The translations under genes were made by a program, and so were the position numbers. A DNA stretch of 64,000 bases from Candidatus Sericytochromatia bacterium (GTDB lineage: Bacteria; Cyanobacteriota; Sericytochromatia; UBA7694), in contig JBFWRL010000007.1 in assembly GCA_050248915.1 (NCBI GenBank), forward strand, positions 6,084 through 70,083. Direction: 5' to 3'. The notes under the pieces are model-generated. The model was not told the origin of the DNA. It saw only the letters and a list, made by a program, of their open reading frames with translations, and did not search any database. Below, piece after piece: positions 17,583 through 27,764 of the stretch. Each line of letters opens with the position of its first letter. Position 1 is the first letter of the stretch.

Positions 17583-20180
17583 CTATAACTTTTGAATAGA
17601 ACGAGCCAAAAAAGGACGATCTGACTGAAAGTTTTGAATACTTTTACGCAAAACTTCATCGACAGTTTCTGTACGCCGCGTATCGAAGCCTGTTAATTGC
17701 TTTAAATGATACTCTGCATTGCGACGGATTTTTTCAACCTGTTGAGCCACCTGTGCTCGCTCCGTCTGGCGGGCATTCTGCTGTTCTGCCAACAATAGGT
17801 TGATTTGCTCCGTGGTTTTGAGAACCTGCTCTAACCACTTTTGGGTCGCTTGCTCAAGTTCTCGATTATCTGGGCGGGGGGATTGGCTCAAAAGGGCCTG
17901 GGCCTCATTGGCCTTGGCAATCAAAGCCTGAAGTTCCTCATCCAATTGCTGTTTCAGGGCTTCATTCAAGCTATCCGAAACAGCAAACAAATCAGCTATC
18001 AGAGACTGTAAATCTTGGGCCTGTTGTAACAAAAATGCGCTCAGTTGGGCCAGTAAATGGCCACGCATTAAACTCTCAGTGGCTTGACTGAGCGTCTCTT
18101 CTGCTTGGGCCAGAAGAGCGGGCAGCCGCTCAAAAATAGCATTGGCTTCACTGCGTAAATCACCAAGCAACTCGATGGGCAAGAGCCCTGCCAGATCCGG
18201 ATTCTGAGATACGTCTTCCAGTTCTGAATTGGCCTTTTTGAGGTCTTTCATTTTATCTTTAACAACAGACACAAGTTCTGCCTGTTCTTTCACACGGGCA
18301 TTTAAAGTCGCCGCTTCTTGATCAGCCTGGATTTGTAAGCGCGTCACCGTGGCCCCACTCGCCGCCAATTTTGCATCGAGTTCTTTTAACTTGGCTGCTT
18401 GGCCTTGTAAAGCGGCCTGAAAATAGTCCCCCAAAAGCTCAGGACCCACCGACTGCCCATTGCGCTTAAAGGTGGGTGAACCACTGCCGAGTTCAAGCGA
18501 AAGACCATATTCAGCCAATAGTTTATTCAGATCAGCCAATTTTTCAGCCGAACCAAATTGCTGTAAAAAGGAGGCATCCCATTGCCCCGATTTGGCTTGT
18601 TGGAGCAAGCTATTGAGCATCCGTTGTTTTTCGGCTTCCGCTTGCGCTTGTGCCGCAGCTTCTTGTTGTTGCTTTTGCGCCGCAGCCAAATCATCCAAGG
18701 TCTGATCATATTTGACCCGCAATTGCTGAATATCTGCATCATTGCGTTTGATTTCTTCTTCGAGCGCTTTTACCTCAGTCAACAAAAGTTGGTTTCTGGC
18801 CATCACCTCAAAGGCCTGGGCCAAACCTTCCACCTGTGTCAGGGTAAATCCTGACGCTCTGGGGTTTTGTATCCGCTGAATCAGTTGGGCAACTTGTTTT
18901 AATTGGCCCAAATCTTTGCTAGAAATCTCTTCTTTATTGGCCAAATTGTAGAGTTTGCCGTCCTGAAAACGCAATCCCAAGGTGCGCAAGAGTGCATTTT
19001 CTTGGTTGGACAGAGTCTGCCCTGGCTGCCCCAATTTATCTAAAATCGTGGCCAGTTGAGCCATTTCGGGCTTGTTGTAATTGCGCATAGCCTGAACCAA
19101 AACATAGCCCATTTTGGATTTAAGATCGAGATCTGCCACCACTCTTTGCTGAGTGTTCCCATCGATCAACACCGTGTTTGAGCCTGGGCCGCGTCCTTCA
19201 ACGATGCCCAAACGTACCTGCTCTTGAAAGAGTTTGGCCAGATCAGAGCCCTGATTGTGGATCAATCCGGTCAAGCCAGCAATATCACCATCTTCAAAAT
19301 TCAGACGCCGCAGCTCATTGTCATTCATTTTGAGCATTTGGTCATAAAATTGATTCCGATCGTTGACCAAAACAGCTTGGGGACTACTTGGCCCCCCCCC
19401 TTTGCTGGCGTTTGCTGGGGTTTTCGCCTGTTGCTCACTCCAAGCCTGATAGCCCCAGGTCACAGGACGCAATTCGGAAATAACCGCCGCTGAAAGCAGA
19501 GCCGGTCGCCGAGCCAAAGCGGGAACCTTTTCAAAAATAGCCTGCAGTTGGGCCTTGCTTGGACGCTCTTGGGTCGCAGTCAAAGTCTGAACCAGTTCAT
19601 TGACCGTGGCTTGGGCCAAAGCTGGGTTTTTCAGGTGTAGGCGCTGCAATTCATGGGTCATTTCACTTCTGAGCAGCTGCACCTGCACATCTTCAATCAG
19701 TTTGGGTTCGGGCACAGTGGCTGACAAGCGCTTTTGTTCTTCTGAATTCAGGGGTTTCTGCTGACGGACTTTTTCCATGATCTCCAAGAGCTGATCCACT
19801 TCTTCTGGCGATTTGCCCTGAATGGCATTGACCGTCTTTTGAATATGGGGCAGCCGGGCCCAATAGCTATCGATCTTAAAACTTTTACCCGCTTCCGCAG
19901 ACAGCGTTGTGTCGGAGCGATCCATTTTGGCCAAAGCCGCTTGGACCACATTTTCAACAGGTTCGCCTTTTTCCAATAAATTGATAGCCGCAACCACATC
20001 GGGATTGTCGAGGTTGGCAATAAAGGTCAGTTCGTCCTGGGTTGGGTTGGGCCCCAATTCCTGCCGCAGTTCATGCAGTTCTTTTGCGGTGACTTTGCCA
20101 TCATTTTTGAGCGCCTGATGGGCTTTTTGCAGCAGTTGAGAAGAAAGGGGGCCTGTGCCTGTGTGCTCAGAACGAATCAT
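17583..20180 (-). CDS. Large coiled-coil protein (865 aa), unknown function
   Basis: Long heptad-like Q/E/K/L-rich segments. No enzymatic motif. Confidence 0.5.
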   Translation of the reverse strand: MIRSEHTGTGPLSSQLLQKAHQALKNDGKVTAKELHELRQELGPNPTQDELTFIANLDNPDVVAAINLLEKGEPVENVVQAALAKMDRSDTTLSAEAGKSFKIDSYWARLPHIQKTVNAIQGKSPEEVDQLLEIMEKVRQQKPLNSEEQKRLSATVPEPKLIEDVQVQLLRSEMTHELQRLHLKNPALAQATVNELVQTLTATQERPSKAQLQAIFEKVPALARRPALLSAAVISELRPVTWGYQAWSEQQAKTPANASKGGGPSSPQAVLVNDRNQFYDQMLKMNDNELRRLNFEDGDIAGLTGLIHNQGSDLAKLFQEQVRLGIVEGRGPGSNTVLIDGNTQQRVVADLDLKSKMGYVLVQAMRNYNKPEMAQLATILDKLGQPGQTLSNQENALLRTLGLRFQDGKLYNLANKEEISSKDLGQLKQVAQLIQRIQNPRASGFTLTQVEGLAQAFEVMARNQLLLTEVKALEEEIKRNDADIQQLRVKYDQTLDDLAAAQKQQQEAAAQAQAEAEKQRMLNSLLQQAKSGQWDASFLQQFGSAEKLADLNKLLAEYGLSLELGSGSPTFKRNGQSVGPELLGDYFQAALQGQAAKLKELDAKLAASGATVTRLQIQADQEAATLNARVKEQAELVSVVKDKMKDLKKANSELEDVSQNPDLAGLLPIELLGDLRSEANAIFERLPALLAQAEETLSQATESLMRGHLLAQLSAFLLQQAQDLQSLIADLFAVSDSLNEALKQQLDEELQALIAKANEAQALLSQSPRPDNRELEQATQKWLEQVLKTTEQINLLLAEQQNARQTERAQVAQQVEKIRRNAEYHLKQLTGFDTRRTETVDEVLRKSIQNFQSDRPFLARSIQKL

Positions 20181-20271
20181 GAAAAATCTCCTTGAAGAAA
20201 AATGGCTTGTTTGAGATGTATACCCTGCCTCCCCAAGAAAAAAACGGGCTTAGTCCATTTTTATAAAAAGC

Positions 20272-21390
20272 TTAATTTTTCATTGGACTCAACAGGGCCA
20301 TCCCCAACTCAGGCCAAACGGCGGTATACAAATCAAATCCCCCTTTTCCGCCGATCCGGTTTGAAGAAAAAAGCATCAGTGGACGCCTTGGCAAATCGGG
20401 GTCGCTCCACAGGGCCGGTCTGAATTCATCGGAAGAGGTATTGATCGGCACGCCCCCCGGAAAACGGGTTTGCAGATTCTGGGGCGTTTGCCATTTGCCG
20501 TTTTGAAAGGTGCTGAGATAGAGGTCATACCCCCCCTGGCCGCCGGGACGGTCAGAGGCAAACACCAGAAGATCCCCCAAGAAAACAGGACAGCTCTCCC
20601 GTTGCGGGGAATTCAACTCTGCCACCGGCTCCACTTCCTGGGCCCGGGCAGGGGCCTGCAGCCAGGTTTTGAGATCTGTGACTTCGTTGGGCACGTTGAG
20701 CCGATAGAGATCCAAAGATCCGCCCCGATCAGAGCTAAAGTACAGGGTTCTGCGGGCAGGATCAAAACTCAGATAAGAATCCTCGGCCTGAGCACTGTTG
20801 AAGCCCAGGGGCAAAACCTTTTGGGCCTCTGAATCCCAGAGAAAGAGATCCCGCTGCCCCTGACGATCGGAGGTAAAACTCAAAATTGCTGGGCCAGACA
20901 GGAACTGCTTTTGCAATTCTGCTTGCCCAGGGGGTTTGCGAAATTCTGCCGAGGGCCAAAGCATAAAAACATCTGCAGGAAGAGATTCAGGGGCCGCTGC
21001 CAGCAATAGCAGGGACGGCCCCCATTCATGCTGCTCGCTGTTGGCTTCTGGCAGAAAGACCCCCAAACCGCGTGAAAGCACATCCGGGGGATCTGGCCGT
21101 GAATAGCCAGAGGGGTAAGACCAGTAAAGAGACATTTCACCCGCATGCAAGTCAAAGTGTTTGCCTTGCGAACTGGCATTGCTGGCATAGAGAAAGCGCT
21201 GGGATGTCTGCAAGGGATCCGGTGGGGCCGTGGCATTGTAGTCATCATAGGCCGTATTCAGTTCGGTCAGGGGAAAGACCCCCGGCTGAATAGACAACTC
21301 TCCATAGCCATAACCCAAGGCGCGCATAAAATCACAGCCACTCAGGCCCAGACTCAGCGCCAGACCCAACCCAATCCACTTGCTTTTCAT
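20272..21390 (-). CDS. TolB-like (PD40/WD40-like beta-propeller repeat) lipoprotein
   Basis: Lipobox LSGC. Repeated F[SA]S[DN]R.GG.GG[YF]DLY blocks typical of TolB/PD40 repeats. Confidence 0.65.
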   Translation of the reverse strand: MKSKWIGLGLALSLGLSGCDFMRALGYGYGELSIQPGVFPLTELNTAYDDYNATAPPDPLQTSQRFLYASNASSQGKHFDLHAGEMSLYWSYPSGYSRPDPPDVLSRGLGVFLPEANSEQHEWGPSLLLLAAAPESLPADVFMLWPSAEFRKPPGQAELQKQFLSGPAILSFTSDRQGQRDLFLWDSEAQKVLPLGFNSAQAEDSYLSFDPARRTLYFSSDRGGSLDLYRLNVPNEVTDLKTWLQAPARAQEVEPVAELNSPQRESCPVFLGDLLVFASDRPGGQGGYDLYLSTFQNGKWQTPQNLQTRFPGGVPINTSSDEFRPALWSDPDLPRRPLMLFSSNRIGGKGGFDLYTAVWPELGMALLSPMKN

Positions 21391-21402
21391 TGCTCGCTTC
21401 TC

Positions 21403-23892
21403 CTATTGGGGAATCCCACGTACTTGTGTCATGCCCTGCCCGCCATTGGCACTGTTTTGTGACCAAGTTGCGGGCTCAGAATCTACCACGGTATATGTGC
21501 CGGCGGGTAAGACTACATTGGGTTCAGTAAACCAATAGGCATTGGGTACCCCGCCCTGACCTGGGCGGGTACTCACAGCCCAGGGGCCGTAGAGTTTGCC
21601 ACTGCTATCTTTTAACCCAATTGTGCCACCGGGAGAACCTTGGGCATTGTTCCAGTGATAGGTCTGTAAAAAGGTGATTTTGCTGGCCTGGGCCAGGTTA
21701 AACTGGGTGGCCGAAGTCGGCAAATTAAACACAGCCAGGATATTGCCATTGTCGTAGAGCATCTGATCCTGTACGGTGGGCGTGGCTGAAGCCGTGGGCT
21801 GCGCATTGCCCAGATTGGGTCCGACCCAGAGCAATTCTTTGCCCTCGTTAACCACCATCAATAGGCGATCTCCAGTCGGACTAAAAGCCAAATAGCCAGG
21901 TTTGGGAACACCTGTGAGATAGGGAACCGGGGCAGAAAAAGTAGGCCCGCCTTTAATCACCTGATTCTGGCTTGGAGAACTCCAGTAAAGGGCCTTGTCA
22001 AACTGGCCACCCCCAGCAGCCAAACCACCAAAATTGGTGTCTTTTGCGGCCTCTGCGATCAATTTGGCTGCTCCATTGGGCTGTATCAGGTACACACCAG
22101 GGGTGCCGCCAAACGGCCAACCACCAGCACTGTTTAAGCCATAGAGTTCGTGGCGAGAATCGAGATAGGCCAGGGAAAACAGTCCAGGTGGAATTTCACT
22201 GTCGAGCAGCCCCACTTCTTGGTTGCTGCCAGCGGGTAAATACCAGACATTGTCATTTTCAAAATCGGCAAAATACCAACCCGCATCAGTGCTGGGGGCA
22301 TCGTTGAGCTGGAGGGGGGTCAGGCCCTTGCCGATCTGAACCAGATATTGACCATCACAGACCACGGTCAAATTGCCGGTTTGGGGATCAAAGCGCAATT
22401 CATTGGGTTTGGGCAGACCTTTGACCACCACCGTGGTGGTGCCATCAGCCGCAATTTTTAAGACATTGCCACTCTGGCGCTCCAGGGTATAGAGCCCGGC
22501 CCCATGTGGGCCTTTGTCGGTATAAGCCAAGCCATCCCAATCTTTGCCTTCGGGGGCCTGGGCATAGAGGCTGGCAATGCCCCCAGAGACCTGGTAAACG
22601 CCCCGTACGCCAGGGCCAGATCCCCACCAAGAGCCGGCTTCAATCCGGTTGAGGAAAAACAAGTTCTGATTGAGACTGTCATAAGCCAAAGAGGCCAGAG
22701 CTCCCGGTATTGGGCCTTTACTGGTATCCAGCATCCCCGTTTCTGCTGCCGTGGCATCGGGCTTAAACCAGACATTGTCGCTTTCAAAATCACTAAAATA
22801 CACGCCACCTTGGGGAGCGGGCAAAATATCGTGCAGACCATCGTGGGACAGGGTGTTTTTCCACTCTGTGACTGAACCATCGGCATTAAACTGGTAAATA
22901 CCCCGGGTTTGCACCCCGGCGGCAGGCGCATAGTCCATGCTCACAACGGGTGTTCCATTCACCACGGCTCCGTGCCGCCAAATCGGGCCCCGCAAGAGGT
23001 CATGGCTGGCATAAACTGAGCTTTTGCCCAGGGTATCCAATTTGATCAAGCTCTGACGATTGAGTGAACTGGTCATGGCATAAAGCGTGCCATCGGGGGC
23101 ATAAAAATGGGTCCCCAAAGGCCCCAGCGTATAATTTGAACGCAAAACCTGCATTTGCATCCCCGCAGGGATCTCAACCCCGGTCAACTCAGCGGGCATA
23201 AATAAATCTGTGCGGGGCATACGGGTAATCTCCTGGGTCCCCGCGTGATCTGCTTTGAGTTTGATCTGGCTGGAAGAGCCATCGGGGAGCAGTTTATAGA
23301 TACCGCCAAAGCTATTCCCGCCATCGGGCCAATAATCGATCGCAGCGATGTAGCCACTTCCGTCTTTTAAGGGCACAGCCCCTTTGCCGTTGATCCCTGC
23401 CAGCAAGTCGCCAGTGACCGCTGTTTTCCAACCACCACAGGCATCGGTACTGGCGATCTCCTTTTTGCTGCGATCAGAAGAAAAAACCTGGGCTTGCCCC
23501 TGATCATCAAAAAAGACATCTCCCACCTTAAAAGGCGTTTCATAGAGTCGCGCCATCATTCCTGCTGGCACATTCAGTCCTGTGGGCAAGGGCAACTCTT
23601 TTAAAACAGCTGTGCTGCCACAAGAGCCCACAGGGGCAGAAGAGGGCTCTAAACTGGGCAAAGGTGCAGGTGTTGCACTCTGGCCGGGTGCGGGTGGAAT
23701 CACTTGCGGGGCAGAAGCTGTCGCCAGGGGGGTTGGCGTGGCCGTCGCTGCGACTGTTGGGCTTGCGACAGGCAAAGCAGAGGGAACTGGGGCAGATGAG
23801 CTGGTTGGATTGGATGTAATGGGTGCAGGTCCGCAAGCTGTCAAACTCAAGGCCAACAGGGCAGATACCCGAAATTGAATGGATGTGTGCAT
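21403..23892 (-). CDS. Large lipoprotein (about 830 aa) with a Pro/Ala/Ser/Thr-rich linker and Gly/aromatic-rich beta-rich body
   Basis: Signal peptide and lipobox (ALSLTAC|G) start at the internal Met. A ~100-aa PAST-rich linker follows, then many G/Y/W-rich segments. The start is trimmed from 23970 to 23892. Confidence 0.55.
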   Translation of the reverse strand: MHTSIQFRVSALLALSLTACGPAPITSNPTSSSAPVPSALPVASPTVAATATPTPLATASAPQVIPPAPGQSATPAPLPSLEPSSAPVGSCGSTAVLKELPLPTGLNVPAGMMARLYETPFKVGDVFFDDQGQAQVFSSDRSKKEIASTDACGGWKTAVTGDLLAGINGKGAVPLKDGSGYIAAIDYWPDGGNSFGGIYKLLPDGSSSQIKLKADHAGTQEITRMPRTDLFMPAELTGVEIPAGMQMQVLRSNYTLGPLGTHFYAPDGTLYAMTSSLNRQSLIKLDTLGKSSVYASHDLLRGPIWRHGAVVNGTPVVSMDYAPAAGVQTRGIYQFNADGSVTEWKNTLSHDGLHDILPAPQGGVYFSDFESDNVWFKPDATAAETGMLDTSKGPIPGALASLAYDSLNQNLFFLNRIEAGSWWGSGPGVRGVYQVSGGIASLYAQAPEGKDWDGLAYTDKGPHGAGLYTLERQSGNVLKIAADGTTTVVVKGLPKPNELRFDPQTGNLTVVCDGQYLVQIGKGLTPLQLNDAPSTDAGWYFADFENDNVWYLPAGSNQEVGLLDSEIPPGLFSLAYLDSRHELYGLNSAGGWPFGGTPGVYLIQPNGAAKLIAEAAKDTNFGGLAAGGGQFDKALYWSSPSQNQVIKGGPTFSAPVPYLTGVPKPGYLAFSPTGDRLLMVVNEGKELLWVGPNLGNAQPTASATPTVQDQMLYDNGNILAVFNLPTSATQFNLAQASKITFLQTYHWNNAQGSPGGTIGLKDSSGKLYGPWAVSTRPGQGGVPNAYWFTEPNVVLPAGTYTVVDSEPATWSQNSANGGQGMTQVRGIPQ

Positions 23893-24063
23893 AAATGTCT
23901 CCCTAAAAATGGTTTCTAGTTCGAGTGTACGTAAAAAGCAGCCTCTGCCAAATGATCGGTATCGCCCCAATTATTGATTCCAATCAAAGATCTGAGAGAG
24001 CCATTCTTCCCTGCAGAGATTTGTTACAATGCTTGCAACACACATAGCAACAGGAAAAAAACC

Positions 24064-25830
24064 ATGCTGAGAAAAGTTTTGATTGCCAACCGGGGTGAAA
24101 TTGCGATTCGCATTCTCAGGGCCTGCCAAGAAATGGGCATTGCCACCGTGGCCGTTTATGCCGAAGACGACCGCCAGAGCAAACATGTGCGTCTGGCTGA
24201 TGAAGCCTTTCTCCTGCCCGGTAGCCAACTCAGCGAAACCTATTTAAATATTCCGGCCCTGATTAACATTGCCCAAAAATCCGGGGCCGAAGGCATTCAT
24301 CCCGGCTATGGATTTTTATCTGAAAATGCCGGATTTTCGTTGGCCTGTCGCGAAAATGGCATTGTCTTTATTGGCCCCAGCCCAGAGGTGATTGAAGCCA
24401 TGGGCAGCAAACTTCTGGCCCGCGAGCGCATGATGGCCGCAGGGGTGCCGATCACCCCTGGCAGTCCCAAGCTCAGCAGTTTGGCTGAGGCCCAAACCTG
24501 GGCGGATAAAATTGGCTATCCGCTGCTGCTCAAAGCCAGTGCTGGGGGTGGGGGCCGTGGCATGAAACGCGTCATGATGGCAGACGAATTGCCCAGTGCC
24601 TATGATGCAGCCCTGCGCGAGAGCAAAAGTTATTTCTCAGACGACACGGTCTATCTGGAAAAACTGGTCACCGCCCCGCGCCACGTCGAGGTGCAAATTT
24701 TGGCAGATACCCACGGCCACGTAATTCACCTGGGGGAACGCGACTGTTCGGTGCAGCGCCGCAACCAAAAGTTGATCGAAGAAACCCCAGCGCCCCACTT
24801 GCCTCCAGATGTGCGTCAAAAGCTGCTCGATGCGGCTGTGGCTGGTGCTCAGGCCATCGGTTATACGGGTGCAGGCACCTTTGAATTTGTGGTGCAAAAC
24901 AATACCGAGCCGTATTTTATGGAAGTGAATACCCGCCTGCAGGTCGAACATCCGATCACCGAAATGGTGACACGGGTCGATTTGGTCAAAGAGCAATTGC
25001 GAATTGCCTCAGGCCTGCCCCTGAGCTACTTGCAAGAGGAGATCCGCTTTGAAGGCCACGCCATTGAATGCCGCATCACCGTGGAAGATGCGTGCCAAAA
25101 CTTCCGACCTGTGCCCGGTTTAATTGGCAAATACGAAGAGCCTGCGGGTTTTGGTGTACGGGTCGACAGTATGCCTTACGCCGGTTATGAAATCCCACGC
25201 AGCTACGACTCACTCTTGGCCAAATTGGTCACCTGGGCACCGACACGGGCCGAGGCCCTGGCGCGCATGCAACGGGCCCTTAAAGAGTACACCATTGAAG
25301 GGGTCACCACCTTGATCCCCTTTTTCCAATGGGCCTTGGATGTGCCCGCGTTTGCCGAGGGCCATTATGACACTGGTTTTGTTGGCAAATACTTTGAACC
25401 CAGTCACTTGGCAACGGCACCCGCTCCCAGCAGAGAAGAAAGCGCTCCCCAACACCGCGAGGTAATTGATGTGGAGGTCAATGGTCGCTATTTTCAAGTC
25501 GCCCTGTATTTGCCCGAAGGTGCACTGCGCCCCGGCACAGGTGCAAACGCAGCAGCAGCTCATGCCCCCAAAGGTCCCGGCACCGGCAAAGGCAATCGCA
25601 AAGACAGCAGCAGCCAAAGTCAGGTGCCCGCGCCCATGGCCGGCACAGTGGTCAAAGTTGCCGTTGAAGCCGGCCAAAGTGTGGAAAGTGGTCAATTGCT
25701 CTGTATTATTGAATCCATGAAAATGGAAAATGATCTGCTCTCCCCCCGCAGCGGCAAACTCAAAACAGTGCCCATCCGGGCCGGTGAAAAAGTGCAAGCT
25801 GGGGCTGTACTCGTGGAGTTTGAGGCCTAA
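24064..25830 (+). CDS. Biotin-dependent acyl-CoA carboxylase alpha subunit (biotin carboxylase fused to biotinyl carrier domain)
   Basis: N-terminal MLRKVLIANRGEIAIRI, ATP-grasp motifs, C-terminal biotinylation motif IIESMKMEN. Start taken at ATG 24064; the ORF opens at 23974. Confidence 0.92.
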   Translation: MLRKVLIANRGEIAIRILRACQEMGIATVAVYAEDDRQSKHVRLADEAFLLPGSQLSETYLNIPALINIAQKSGAEGIHPGYGFLSENAGFSLACRENGIVFIGPSPEVIEAMGSKLLARERMMAAGVPITPGSPKLSSLAEAQTWADKIGYPLLLKASAGGGGRGMKRVMMADELPSAYDAALRESKSYFSDDTVYLEKLVTAPRHVEVQILADTHGHVIHLGERDCSVQRRNQKLIEETPAPHLPPDVRQKLLDAAVAGAQAIGYTGAGTFEFVVQNNTEPYFMEVNTRLQVEHPITEMVTRVDLVKEQLRIASGLPLSYLQEEIRFEGHAIECRITVEDACQNFRPVPGLIGKYEEPAGFGVRVDSMPYAGYEIPRSYDSLLAKLVTWAPTRAEALARMQRALKEYTIEGVTTLIPFFQWALDVPAFAEGHYDTGFVGKYFEPSHLATAPAPSREESAPQHREVIDVEVNGRYFQVALYLPEGALRPGTGANAAAAHAPKGPGTGKGNRKDSSSQSQVPAPMAGTVVKVAVEAGQSVESGQLLCIIESMKMENDLLSPRSGKLKTVPIRAGEKVQAGAVLVEFEA

Positions 25831-26435
25831 GCCAAAAAGGGCTGCAACAATGCCAAACAATCTGGCGGAATGCCCTTGCGCCAGGTATCGTGGCGCAATG
25901 AAGCTGCATGTTTGCCACTGTAAAAAGCGGTGTTTTCGCCGTCCAAACGCCCACAAATTTGGGTGAATTTGTCCTGTTGGGGATGCAGCACCAAATGCGG
26001 AAAGCCCTGCGGCAAGCGCAAAGCTTGCTCAAAAGGCTGGTCAGGCAGGCCACCTTTGGCCAGTTCGGCTTGCAAAGTCTGGGGTGAGACCCCATGGCAT
26101 TGTCCCAAATAAAAGAGCAAATCCATGGGCCGTTTGACAGGTGAGTCCAGTACCAGCCGCTCAATCAAGGGGTGCACCCCACTCAAGAGCACAGCCGAAA
26201 TACAGGCATAAGAGGCGGCCATCAGGGTCAGGCCTGGGCATTGCCAATACTGGGCGAGATATTCAAGCAAATACCAGAGCAATTGGGTCTCCAACACCCC
26301 TCCCCCCAAAAGGCGCTGGCCCTGGGGGTTGTGCCCACCCAAATAGGCAATCAAAAAACGGCCTTCGAGCCCACCGGCTTGCAAAGCGGCCAGCAAAGGC
26401 AACGCCGCTTCAGGTTTAGCGCGAAAACCTGGCAA
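25827..26435 (-). CDS. Hypothetical protein (202 aa)
   Basis: ORF tightly spaced (3 nt) with the upstream kinase-like gene. No motif. Confidence 0.4.
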   Translation of the reverse strand: MPGFRAKPEAALPLLAALQAGGLEGRFLIAYLGGHNPQGQRLLGGGVLETQLLWYLLEYLAQYWQCPGLTLMAASYACISAVLLSGVHPLIERLVLDSPVKRPMDLLFYLGQCHGVSPQTLQAELAKGGLPDQPFEQALRLPQGFPHLVLHPQQDKFTQICGRLDGENTAFYSGKHAASLRHDTWRKGIPPDCLALLQPFLA

Positions 26436-26438
26436 ATG

Positions 26439-27749
26439 CTAAATTGTGCGCTCAGCGTGACCAACCGAAACCACCAACAACTCCAAAAAAGCCCGTTCGG
26501 GCCAAGGCGAGAGCGAAAGTCGAAAGTGCGGCACCTGGCTGAGATAGGTCTCAGCAAAATGCAGGTCCAAGGGCAGGGGATCGTGGCAATAAATATCCGT
26601 GGGACGGTGCCCCCCTTCCGGCTGGGCCAGATCAGACCAATGGCGATAGGGCAAAACCTGCAAGCGAGCCGAAATTTGCAGAGGCTCGGCAGCATCAGAC
26701 TGCCAAGCAGCATTTAAACCTTGCTTGAGTCCATTTTGCAGGCAATCTTGTAAGGCCAAAGGACTGCTGCCTGCAGGCCAAACCTCAGGCAAAAGCAGGC
26801 CAGATGTTTGTTTTGTGACTTGCTGGGCCAAAGCCCTCAGAAGCGGATTTTGCCCGCGCAGGGGACGGGTATAATCCGCAGCGGTTTCGAGCTCTAAGCT
26901 GGCCCCAGCAGGGCTTGATTCAATGCGAAAAAGCAGATCGGCCTGAGGCCCCTCCAGGGTCTGGGCAAAAAAAGGCAGGGGTTCAGCATCAACGGGCAGC
27001 CAGGTCAAAAGTGGTTCCAAAAAAACCTGGTGCAAAACCTGCAGGCTGGGTTCGGGTAAGTTCAACGACAAAACCGAAGGCCTGGATTCAGTTTGTTTCA
27101 GTTTGGGACTGAAATAAGCCAGATATTGCTGCCAATCGGGCTTTAACAATAATTCAGCATAGGGGCTGGGCTGAATTTTGGGGCCTGTATCCAAGAGACA
27201 AAAATGGGTCTGCTGCCAAAGCAAATTTTTGGGTGAGAGATCGAGCAGATAGCCCTTGCTGTAATAAAAATCTGCCGCTTGGCCGAGCATCTTCTCAACC
27301 GCGGCAGTCATCACAGGCGTAGCTGCCTCTGTCATCAAAAGGGCTTGCAGCGTCGGGCCAGCCTCCCAGCTTTTGAGCAGGGCTGTTTCTGACTGGGCCA
27401 CAACAGCAGCAACAGCCCACCCCGCCTGCTGTAAAAGGCGTGTCACTTCGGCCTCTGTGGCCAAGAGTTGGCGCAAAAACGCCACCGAAGCCCGAATTTG
27501 TTTGAGGGCATAATTTTGCTCCCCGTCTAAAGCCTGCACACGATAGACCGAGCCAATCAATCCGGCGCCAGCAAATGCCAGCACACGATAGAGCTGCTCA
27601 GCGACAGGCAAACATGTGCCCACAGGCAATACAACCGATGCCGCCAATAATTGTTGCTTGAGCCGGGGGCTCTTGACCACGGCACTGAGCAGCCCCAATT
27701 GTTCGCTTGAAAGTGTTAAAAAAGCCTTTTGCACAGAGCAAGCTCCCAA
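26439..27749 (-). CDS. Protein-kinase-fold (eukaryotic-like kinase) domain protein with an unknown ~230-aa C-terminal domain
   Basis: Ordered motifs: Gly-loop AFAGAGLIGSVYRV, VAIK-like YALKQI, catalytic-loop-like LLDLSPKNLLW, DFG-like LLDTGP. Spacings match the protein kinase fold. Confidence 0.55.
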   Translation of the reverse strand: MGACSVQKAFLTLSSEQLGLLSAVVKSPRLKQQLLAASVVLPVGTCLPVAEQLYRVLAFAGAGLIGSVYRVQALDGEQNYALKQIRASVAFLRQLLATEAEVTRLLQQAGWAVAAVVAQSETALLKSWEAGPTLQALLMTEAATPVMTAAVEKMLGQAADFYYSKGYLLDLSPKNLLWQQTHFCLLDTGPKIQPSPYAELLLKPDWQQYLAYFSPKLKQTESRPSVLSLNLPEPSLQVLHQVFLEPLLTWLPVDAEPLPFFAQTLEGPQADLLFRIESSPAGASLELETAADYTRPLRGQNPLLRALAQQVTKQTSGLLLPEVWPAGSSPLALQDCLQNGLKQGLNAAWQSDAAEPLQISARLQVLPYRHWSDLAQPEGGHRPTDIYCHDPLPLDLHFAETYLSQVPHFRLSLSPWPERAFLELLVVSVGHAERTI

Positions 27750-27764
27750 AGGAGCATCGGCAAC

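Noticed and set aside
20202-20423. 73-aa plus-strand ORF upstream of the coiled-coil gene
   Set aside because: It overlaps the 3' end of the TolB-like gene on the opposite strand and has no motif. It is likely spurious.
23974-24063. 90-nt N-terminal extension of the biotin carboxylase ORF
   Set aside because: Homologs begin at MLRKVLIANRGEIA. The extension overlaps the upstream lipoprotein gene region and has no homology.
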